Both the position numbers and the translations under genes were made by a program. A stretch of 63,665 bases of DNA, counting the filler, from Hyphochytrium catenoides (lineage: Eukaryota; Protista; Hyphochytriomycota): the NCBI GenBank assembly GCA_900088475.1. It is 5 parts of 5 records of this genome, joined end to end, with 100 filler letters (N's around TTAATTAATTAA, not from the genome) between each part and the next. Parts side by side here need not be neighbours in the genome. Positions count along the whole stretch, not along the records: positions 53,645 to 63,665 come from FLMG01001413.1; 4 more parts are not named here. The stretch is one strand, 5' to 3'. The notes under the pieces are model-generated. The model made no database searches and was not told the DNA's origin. It was given only the letters and a program-made list of their open reading frames with translations. This document shows positions 53,545 to 63,665 of the stretch, one piece after another (positions within the stretch are counted from its first letter, which is position 1; every line of letters starts with the position of its first letter).

Positions 53545-53644
53545 NNNNNNNNNNNNNNNNNNNNNNNNNNNNNNNNNNNNNNNNNNNNTTAATTAATTAA
53601 NNNNNNNNNNNNNNNNNNNNNNNNNNNNNNNNNNNNNNNNNNNN
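53545..53644. other. Artificial contig spacer
   Basis: 44 N + TTAATTAATTAA + 44 N. Confidence 0.97.
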
Positions 53645-54036
53645 CGACCGGTCACTTATCCAATGCGACCGGTCAATTAACATCCCTGCTCACAGCACTC
53701 TTTCCACATGCTTTGTTGTGTCTGCTTTGACGAGTCAGTGAACAGAACCATGAGAATGTGTAAAATCACTTGTGAATAATTGAGGTAAGGCGTCTTGTGT
53801 ACCGGTACGTGCTGGTACTGTACTGCTTTATCGGTCGGTGTTGAAGAATGGTCACCCAGCCCAGACCTGCATACTTACAGTCGATGCTCCATTCCTATCC
53901 CATTCTTCAGCAGCGTCCTGGTGGTGATGATCCTTTGAAATGGCATGAAGAAGCCTGGCAACTCTCTGGAGATCAGCTTGAACGTGAGCCAGTGCAGAAC
54001 AGCGTTTATAACCTCGGCTATTGCCATTAGTTGGCA

Positions 54037-54930
54037 ATGTACATGCTGGAGTCCATCAAGCACAGCCTAATCTGGCTTAACGCAATCCTCCTGCTGATTC
54101 TGTTTCTCCTACAGAGGCAGCGAGGATTGCCCAAGAGGGAATCTGTCAGGGGCGGAGCACCAACGAAGTCGGAGAGAAGAGTCGCTGTCGTCATTGCTCA
54201 TCCTGACGATGAGAGTATGTTTTTCGTGCCATCAATCAATGGCTTGATTCACCAGGGACACAGTGTTTTCATCCTCTCACTCTCCACCGGCGACGCTGAT
54301 GGCCTTGGCAAGACTCGCTCACTGGAATTGCGGAAGGCGTGCTCAGGGGTTCTAGGCATCCCAGAAAGTTATATTCACACTGTGGATGATCCTAGCATTC
54401 GTGATGGGCTTAGAACAGTGTGGCCTGAAGACAAAGTTGCCTCCCATGTTCAACAATTCCTTGAAAAGCACAATATAGACACGGTAAGCTCCATAGGCAG
54501 CCTACGACCATCACTTTTCCCACGGTTCGCGTTTCACAGGTCTTGACGTTTGATGGCTATGGAGTTTCAGGGCACCCTAACCATCGTGCCGTTTCAAGAG
54601 CTATATGTAAGCAAGTTGGCAGGCCAGGGCTTGAGGTAAGAAGCTCAGGCATCTTGAGCACCATGGTGGGGCTTGACTTGTCGCCTGTGGTTGGATTGAC
54701 AGATCTACGTGCTCGAAAGCAAGCCCTTATGGCGCAAGTATCTCGGGATATTGGACGTTCTAATCTCCCTCATATCTGCCAAGATCTCGTACTTGCACTT
54801 CAACCCCATGACAAGCTACCACGCAATGTCAGCCCATAAGAGTCAGTTCGTCTGGTATAGGCGCCTCTTTGTGGCATTTTCCCGATACACCTTTATAAAT
54901 ACTTTGCAAAGAGTCGACGCCAAGGAGTAG
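54037..54930 (+). CDS. PIGL: GlcNAc-PI de-N-acetylase (PIG-L/GPI12), 3 exons
   Basis: N-terminal TM, IAHPDDESMFF, TFDGYGVSGHPNH, AMSAHKSQFVWYR..FSRY. Introns 54484-54539 and 54636-54702. Confidence 0.95.
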
Positions 54931-54973
54931 GAGCGCTTACATAGAGAAAGATATATTTATTGGACAGAGAGCA

Positions 54974-56049
54974 CTAGGATAGTGGTCGGTTGAAGCCACC
55001 TAAGGACAAGACAGTCAGCCCAGTCAACACAAAGAAAGTCGGGGCAGATGCTCCTAAAAAGTGATCTCCCTCACCTCTTCGATTCATATACTGGCGATAC
55101 TCTCGCTTTTGGTTTTTGCGAGTTGCTCCTCGCGCCGCTGTCTTCTGATTGTCTGTAATAGGTTTTCCCTAGAAAGCACGATCATAATCTTCAAGTTTGA
55201 GGACAACACTTTACAATTGGCCTACCTTGGTTGAGTCAAAGGAGCTAAAGCCCAAGAGCTTTGCTATCTGCTGCTCTTCTGAAAGATCGCCTGTCACGAC
55301 TTCATCTTCCTCTTCGTTACTGGCACCTGTATGGAGGACTAAGCAAGCAAGCCAATAATGCACTCTATATCATTGTGGCAACTTGCTCACCCTTATCCTG
55401 GCCCTCGTTGAGAATGCGTGACCTAAAAGCCTGGGCTCCTTGGCCATGTCCACCATAGAAATCCTCTCGCTCCCTCTCCCTCCGGTCAACCCCTCGGTTG
55501 TCCCGATTAAGCCTGAAGTCTCTACTATCTCTGACGTCTCTATTCTCTCTGATGTCTCTATTCTCTCTGACGTCTCTATGATCTCTCCCCTCTCTCGACC
55601 GGCTGCGCCTGGTGATATGCAAATGTTATTTGCCGTTGATAAGGGAGCGCTAATTCGTTTTTCAACCCACCTTCTACGATCAAAGCCAGCTTCCCTTCTA
55701 TTGGACCCTCTGGTAGGAGAGCGGTGGCCTCTCCGTCTATAGAAGAGTAAGAAAGTAAGCTTCTGTTGTTTGATAGTCCTGCTGGGCAACGCCTACCTTT
55801 TACGACCTAGACTATCTAAGGACCAGCTCCTGCTTCTCGAGCGGGCGCCTCCAGGACGGGAGTCATCCCTAGTGAAAGATTGACTTAGAAACTTCAAAGT
55901 CTGCGCCGTAGCAAAGTCTGCGCCGAGAGGTCAGCGTTGTCTTACCTTCTCCCCTCTCTACCACGATCTTGACCACCAGCATCTTTGTCTCGACTCCGAC
56001 TCCTCCTTCCACGATCCCTTTCTCTCTCTCTACTCCGTGACCTTGGCAT
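54974..56049 (-). CDS. SNRNP27: U4/U6.U5 tri-snRNP 27 kDa protein, multi-exon
   Basis: RS/RD-rich N-terminus (MPRSRSRERERD..) and spliced C-terminus LLGFSSFDSTK|GKPITDN..KREYRQYMNRRG|GFNRPLS*. Confidence 0.9.
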
Positions 56050-57097
56050 CTCTAGTTCCGACTTGAGCTACACCCTCCTATACGGGATCGAAAGGTCTCC
56101 TTGCTTATCTTGTTGGCAATCTGACGATCTCCCTTTCATCTGCTCCCGGTCGCCCTTGCATCGGAGCTATAGTTCTTGAACGATTCATCAGCTCCTGCAG
56201 CTGATGGAGTTGAGGCTAGTGTGTTAGCTTTTACCCTTCATCGCTACTGTGGCTTGCATCTTGGCTCTTCACACCTTTCTCTGTCTTCCCCAAGTCGTAC
56301 AGTACACACACTGACTGCACAACACGTACGAGGCCACAGAGAGCTACAGCTTCCCTGAACACAGGTATCCCCCAAGGGCTAGCTAGGTAGATTCGGTCTA
56401 TGTACAATCCTACGTGATGGAAGCTTTCAATGCCAGGCCAACCGTAATGAGAAAGGTATATGAATCATTTGAATCTTTCATCGGGACATTTTGTGCTTTC
56501 GTCATCCATCATTGCCCATCGACCTCACCACCTGATCTCACCTCCACATTGACCGCCTTTTGAGGACCACGTCCGAATCTAACGGGTCGAATACCACTTT
56601 CTACCCTTCACGAAGTACCGAAACTACCTTCCATTAACGAATGCTTCCTGAAGCTTTTCCCGAACTGAGTCTCGCAGATCGCCGCTGATGATGATGCAGC
56701 CTTCAGACGCGAACCGACAGCGACAATCCAACTTGCCCCAAGAGTTCAACAAGAAGGAACTTCTCTTCTTCCTCTTCATCCTTATTTTTAGTGAAGCCTT
56801 GTTCTCCAGTCTCTCTCTCCTGCCGTTCTTCTTCGTCGTCGTGTGTCGTGGGATTGTCTCGCAAGGCTGAGCTTTGTGCGACCAACTAGATCCTACCTGA
56901 CTCCCGCATCTTCTTCGCTCATCCTCATAGTTCCAGCAGCTGCCTCGTCGCTTCCATTATCTGGCTCAACTTAAACTCCTACTAGTAAGTACCAGCTCAA
57001 GACGCTGGCCCAATTTACAATCTCAACCACCAGCAACAGAGCTTAACGTCTGTGCGTACCTGTTAACAGTTCTGGCAACTTGGGAAAAGCGCACTCA

Positions 57098-60000
57098 ATG
57101 GAGACTGCCTTGGATATCCGTCGTATTCTTTTGTACAACGCCAATGACGCACTCAAGTGGGCTGACGCCCACCCCGTTCTCGCGGCTTTGCTGGGCATAG
57201 TGATGCTCTGTGCCATTCTGGGCTCAAAAACCATTCTTGGCCCCCCTATTGCAATATTCCTCTACGTAGTTATCTTTGCAGAAGTGCTGCTTTACTTTGC
57301 AGTCCGTCACATAGGTAAGACTTCTCGTTGGAGGCTTTTATCTGTGTGTTTCTGTCTAGCGTGCATCGATATAGAGTGCTGAGCCGACCTACCTAACCAT
57401 GCTTCCACTCTCCAGTCTACCTTCTTGAGATTCTTTTCTTAGGGTCCAAGTACTTAGAAGTAGGCCATCTCCAGGCCCAGGCGAGATCTGCTGAAACCTT
57501 TGAAGAATGGAACAAAGTCAGCTCTCAGCTGGACGTCCTAGAGGTAGTCACAACATAGTTGATGTCAGATAGTGTCTCTTTGCCGCTTATTACCTACGTT
57601 TCTCTCGCAATAGGGACGAGATGAATGGAAGAAGATAGAGAAATGCAATCTTTATGACTGGAAGTGGGTTAAGCACGCTACCAGTGAATTGAAGGCACAG
57701 AGGGAGGCAAATAACCCACGGAAACTGGTCTCGATTCTGCAGGTACCTCCTTTTGTGACCCTCACATCTACCGCCATTGAGAGTGCTGAAGTTGGGGTGC
57801 CACTCGATAGATGTGTCTGAGAAAAAATCTAGGGGGTGTGATGAAGGAAGAGCTCTATTCGCTGACACGAACTGGAACAAAGAAGATTGTAGAGAACTAC
57901 ATTGATGAGGTAAGCCTACTAGTGAACAGGCCTCCTGTCTACTTACCTAATCCCAAAGGAGGGAAGCTTATACGTCTTTCTATCGGAATATGCTCCTTCT
58001 TGTCTCTGATGGCCTTTTCATCTCGCTCTTCCTCTCTTGGTCTCTAACCTGTACTTTCCCCGGTTCGTTCTGTCTCCATCGTATCCGTTATGTGGGGCTA
58101 TGTGACCGCTTAGATTGAAGAAGCGCTGAATTACCTTCGAAACGTCGAAGACCACGAAGATTTTTCCCAGTCGGATAAATTACGCTTCTTCTATGCCGCA
58201 TATCGCTCATTCGGGAACGTGGCGCTTTGTCTCAGTGGCGGAGCAGGACTCGGAAAGTATCATTTTGGTAGGAAGCACCGCTAGACGTTTGCTAATGTGG
58301 CAACCTCTCGTCTGCCTTATGCGCTCTTGAACCGGAGGAAAGCATACTCTGACAATATAAAGGTGGACAGCGGTTTTCCCTATGAGCTCACTCCTACTGG
58401 AGGGAACGCCTTCACATAGGAGATTGCTGGGCTAACTAGTTTACTACTCTGTCATTCAGGAGTGGTCAAGGCCCTGCTGGACGTGAACCAGCTACCTCGC
58501 GTGATCTCTGGCACATCAGCTGGTGCAGTAGTTGCATGCATCGTGTGCACAAGAACTGATGAGGAGCTCCGTAAACTCCTGCAGCCAAATTCAACGTTGC
58601 AGCCGAATCTGAACTCATTTACCGAGGGCTGGGTTATCGTTATCAAAAGGTGAGAGAGCACTTCGACTTCTCCGCTGCAATACACTCGTTGTCCTTGCTC
58701 GTGAGAAGTTGTAACGTGGCCTTCGGCCTCTCGCACAATTATCGTACTTTTGGTCGTGTCTTTCTTCACGGCCATTGTCTTACAAGAGGCTGTGGCAGGT
58801 TTATCCAAACAGGAGCAATGTATGACTTTCCCTTCTGGCTAAAACTGCTCCAATGGTACGTAGCTGCCGAGATGCTAAAGAACCAGAGGTCCTCTGCTTG
58901 CCCTCATTTTACTGACGCGCTGGGCGTGTTGTCGGTCCATGCGATCTCAGGCACACGAAAGGGTTGACATTCCAGGAGGCCTATGAGAGAACTGGGAGAA
59001 TTCTTAACATTACCACTACAATTAGAGGTATCCTCCCTACCTACATCTTTCAATGCCCCCGTTGCTCTTCACACAGACTGACTCATCCCGCACAGTTCGC
59101 GTCTTCTATTAAGTTCTCGTCCAGTATTGGATATCCACACTTATATTTGGCTCTTTTGTTTACTTGGTCCCTCGGGCGATGTTTCGATCTGAGTTCTTGA
59201 CTCCACACTCTTCTGCTACTAGGCTAATAAGCATAGACTAATACTTGCTCCTTCTGGTTCTAGGCCGTGATGAGACGCTGGTTCTGAACCATATCACCAC
59301 TCCAAACGTCCTCATCTCAACTGCTGTGCTTGCATCTTCTGCTGTCCCTGGCTTCATGAAGGGTGTACAACTGTATGAAAAGGACCGGAGGACCGGGGAG
59401 ATTCAGCCCCACCACTGGAGCTCTAGCACGAAGCTTCTTGATGGATCATTCTCAATGGACATCCCAACTCACGGTAAAAATGGCCTTCAATTTCTTCTAG
59501 ATGAGTAAATCGGTTGTTATATAGCTCCTGTCTCACTTACCAGTCCCTACCGCTTGAATAATAATCGGCATGGCGTCGGAGGCACTTCATTTCTGTCTAG
59601 CTCCCAGGTTGCCGCCTTTGTGACCCTTCTATGCGCATCATTACTTCTCTATTTGCACTTTACGTATCATCGCTTTGCTCCCGAGCTCTCTCTCACGACA
59701 CTTTTGATAATGTTAGCACTATCGGAGATGTTCAATGTGCATTTCTTCATCGCGTCGCAAGTCAACCCTCACGTTATACCATTCTTCTTCAAGTAAGTGA
59801 TAAGGAACCCTAGAAGATTAGATTTTGGGCTGTGTTAACTTCTCTTTCTTTCCTCAAACCAGCAATCGTGGAGAAGGGGGAGCACCAAGTCAGTGGAGAA
59901 AGAGGACAGGAGGGTGGAGGGGTGGCTTTATCCTGAGCGCGCTAGAGCTTTATCTGAAGGTGGGACTCTCTGTCTGATAGGGCTCTATGAGTATAAGTGC

Positions 60001-61076
60001 CCTCCGTCAGGAACCTTGTGGCCTCCTTCTATCGTGTGTGCACGTATTCACTGTGATATACTTCCTCCGCGTTTTTGCTTCACTGTTCGTGCTTCTCTGT
60101 CCATATTTCGTCGCAAGGTAGGACCTCGACTTCCATCATTGTGAGCGATTATTAGACGCGCTCGTTAATCCTTTGCATGTTTTTACATGACGATTCGCTC
60201 GTTCTGACGAAGGGTTCTTGCCATTTTCTTAGAATGATTTGAAGAAGAATGTCCGCCTCCTCAGTGAACTGCGGCTGCTCCCCAGGCTGCTCGGCAACAA
60301 CTGGGGAGACCTATGGGTTCAGGTCAGCAAGTCGTTCCTGCTGCTTTTACGAGGAAATCTCTACCTTGTTTGGCGCCAAGCTGACCCTCGCGCTCTCCGT
60401 GTCTCATGCACTCAATATCTGTTGGGTTGAAACATTGTCGGCTCCATCTATTAGGAGGGAGATTTCCAAGGGCACTGTACGATCGTACCGAAGGCGAGAC
60501 TCTTAGATTACTTCAAACTCGTCAGCGACCCCACCAGAGAGGAATTTGAGGCTGCATTGCGAGAGGTGGGGCCACGTGGCCTAGTGCTCCTTCTCGTTTG
60601 CCTTTTCACCTTATTGCAAACAGTTAGCACCTTCTAAAGCTTACCGCATTCGACTTTCTTCGTGGTCCTCGGGTTGTCCTTCTCGAGCATTCTTCGTTGT
60701 GTATGCAATATTTTATCAACGCTTCTTCCGACTCTGACGACTAAGTACGCTAACCACAACCAAATGCCCTTTGTTCACGTTATAACCGTAGAGCCAAGTC
60801 CGTACGTGGGAGAAGTTCTCCATGCTTTATGGCCGCTTCAAAATTGGCAACACGCTTAAGAAGAACCTCCACGAGCTCATGAAAAAAGCGGGGCCGCAGC
60901 ATCCTTCGCCTACTCCTTCTCCGTCTTCTTTCACTCAGGAGCTGAGCGGAGAGGAGGAAGGACTGTCTTTCGCATATGGGAAGGATATGGATTTTGAGAG
61001 TAGCACCTTCCTCTTAGACTCGCCGTGTGGCCAGAGAAAAGTGCCATTGATAGAGAAGGGCTGGATTCCCAGATAG
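57098..61076 (+). CDS. Patatin-like triacylglycerol lipase (SDP1/TGL3-5 type), many exons
   Basis: N-terminal hydrophobic segment, GTKKIVENYIDE, ALCLSGGAGLGKYHFGVVKAL, GTSAG (GxSxG), TFQEAYERTGRILNIT, DGS, LSEMFNVHFFIASQVNPH. Confidence 0.93.
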
Positions 61077-61337
61077 CCTAGAGAGAGGGAGTGCGGACAA
61101 TCTACCCCTTTTCTTATGCCATGATCTCTCCTCCTTGGCAGATTAACAAGCTAATTTATTTCTCAATCAAACTGTGATGAAGTCCCATCAAACTCATCCA
61201 GACCCCAACTTCTGAATCTTCCTGGATCGGACGGATACTGAGTTGAGCCTTGAAGTCTTAAAATAGGATCTCAGCTTTGTCCATCGTGAGGTCTATGGCT
61301 CTAGCGTTATACATCGAACAGAGACAGAAGGAGGACG

Positions 61338-63665
61338 TTAGCTCCCTTCGTCCTCCATCTTCGCTGCTAACGCGACATAGTCTACTGCTTTTCTTTGCCT
61401 CTTTGACCGTCCCACACTCTCTATAATGTTACAGGTATCGATTTCCTCTATACCCGGGCTTGGGCCTTCGTTATGCAGTCCTTTTATCTCTTCTCCGTCT
61501 TGATGACTCCTTTTCAGCCCAAGTATTGAGTCTTCCGCTTGTTCTCTCCTTTCTCTCTCTATACTAAGATGTTCTTCTACTTTTTGCTTCCTCTTGCTCG
61601 CAAGCATCTCCTCATGCTTCCGCTCCATTTCTGACTCTCTTTCTAGATCGTCTGAAAATGAAGCATTGTGAGACGAGGTAAGAAAGAAAATCGCGTCGCT
61701 GAAGGACGACAAGAAGGAACGCAACCCTAAAGTAGCAGCCCCTAAACCCCACTTTCAAGTCCAAAATAATCATTCGCTATATGGAAGCTATGGAAAGAGC
61801 ACTCGCAGCAAAGAGCTAGGTCTCGCCGACCTCAAAAGCAGGAGATGGAACTTCCTTTGCTTAGGGATGTACACACGCATGTGTGTAGAGAGTGAGGATG
61901 GGAGCGAGGTTCGAGCAAGAATATCCTACCGGGGTCCCAACCCTGCATCGTTCCTGAGCAAAGAGCCCTCAAATGAGCAGCCACGCTCCTTGCAAAAGCA
62001 GAAGCGATCTGACCATGCACTCTGTAGCCTCCCTCTAGCACAGACACCAACCGCCCTGAACTGCAAGTGTTGGCAATGCGCACGAGCTGCAGCGTGAGCC
62101 ATTCATAGTCTTCCTCTGTCAGACCAAGGTAACTAAGAGCATAAGAGCAATGGTTAGTTAGAGCACGATAGAAAGGCCAAGGTTGGCCTCAGATGGAGGA
62201 TGATATCTACAAGGAGCACAAGTGCAAGGCAGTGAGTCTCCTAGGTAATCAAGGGTATCAAAGATGGCAGCGCTGCATGCCTGGACCCACGTCTGTAAGG
62301 AAGGTGGAAGAATGAGCAAAAACTATTGATGAAAAATCAAGGCAAGCGATATCTAGAGCAGCTTGAAGCCAATTTACCCCCAGTTAAGGTGATCACGTTT
62401 GTGGCCATCAAACCCAGCAGATATTAGGATAAGGTTTGGGTTGAATTGAACGAGAGAAGGAAGCACCGTCCTCCTCATTCTTTCTCGCCACTCCCAGCGA
62501 GCGGAGTGCACTGCTGTCTCTGGGACGAGAGGAACACCAACGTTGAGAATAGTCGGGGACCTCTCGTCTTCTTCACTCTTAATCCTTGACCTATTCTCGT
62601 GGGCCTTTCCTGATTCCTGTTCTGTCACAAACGGGAGTGGGATCCCTTCTTTACGGGATGTCGCCTTCAACTTCTCTTCGACAGTCACTCCTGACCCAGG
62701 ATAGAACCAACCCCCTGGAAGTACCAGGAGAGAAAAAGACACGTAAGGTTTGTGAACCCAGGACAAGGTCGCTTAGGTCATCATGAGCTATGCGGATACA
62801 CTGAACCAGAGAAAGAGTAACAAGTTGTCCATTCTTACCCTGGTTCTCTTCCGTAGATGACCCTGAGCCTTCCAAAATCTCTTTCTTCCCATAGCTGCAA
62901 AATGATGTATATTAGAAGGCATACCCTTACCCGGAGGGCAAGGTGATCGTCAGACAAGATGAAGGACAGATACCCTAGCACGTGATAAGGATAACCCTTC
63001 CTGCAATTGCACTTCGAGGATGTATGAGCAAGAAGGTGCAGTGAAGGTGCCAGAAGAAGCAACAACAGAGGCAAACACTTGTCAATCATCCACGCCAAAA
63101 TGAATCCAGCTGAAAGGTAGACAAGAGTTCAAGTCCACGGAGAGGTGAGACAACCAGAGACGGTACGGACCCGTGTATTGAGGCGAAAAAGGTGTCTTCG
63201 GCATCTCGGCTGTTGGCCCATGGCCGGTACTGAGGCGAGCGTAGCTCTCCTTCACAAAGTGGCGTGCTGAACTTCACGGTTTCTTCTGTCGGCACTAAGG
63301 ACCTGCGTCGCTCTATTTACTACTTTCTTGCACGACAACACTCTCCTTCTTCTATTCATCAGTCTGCTTACCTTATGATTGCCTCAGTACCGTTTCCGTG
63401 ATGCACATCGAAGTCAATGATAGCAATCCGGCGAATTCCTCGTGGACCGTGTGCACTCCGGGCATGGGCCGCTGCTATCGCTACGTTATTCAGGAGGCAA
63501 AAGCCATGGCTACCTGTGAGGCAAGAATTTAGTACGTCAGGGTTACAGGCAGAGGCGGAGGAATGGGAAATATTAGATGAGATTGATCTTCTTTCAGGCA
63601 CACGCATAGAGCACTAGAGAGGGGTGAAATGGAGAAGCTCATGACTGATTTGTAGCCGATCGCTC
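61338..63665 (-). CDS. Class II-type histone deacetylase, multi-exon, 5' part outside the window
   Basis: [45 protein letters not shown] and VSVLEGGY; charged C-terminal tail ending [20 protein letters not shown]. Confidence 0.93.

Overview
Eukaryotic genomic DNA with GT-AG spliceosomal introns and the standard genetic code. The gene content suggests a protist, possibly a stramenopile or oomycete-like lineage (inference only). The window is not contiguous: four identical 100-nt spacers (44 N + TTAATTAATTAA + 44 N) join five pieces at 1-6367, 6468-13167, 13268-29937, 30038-53544 and 53645-63665. Piece 1 holds a decayed Ty3/gypsy retrotransposon cut off before integrase. Piece 2 holds two orphan cell-surface protein genes and a 180-bp tandem duplication. 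Piece 3 holds a head-to-head chromate (CHR) and TauE/SafE transporter pair, a membrane-anchored C69 peptidase, GDP-L-fucose synthase and a PH + F-box-like + TBC RabGAP gene. Piece 4 holds a Copia relic interrupted by a ~445-bp foldback, LTR-like and tRNA-like relics, then FKBP15-like, mucolipin, NOPCHAP1-like and METTL9-like genes. Piece 5 holds PIG-L, SNRNP27, a patatin TAG lipase and a class II HDAC. I cannot demonstrate a new multi-gene system. The best leads are the PH/F-box/TBC architecture, the divergent oxyanion-transporter pair with a structured shared promoter, the foldback element, the Cys-rich GPI orphan and the strand-polarised (CT)n intron domains. Exon coordinates were read by eye and may be off by a few nt.
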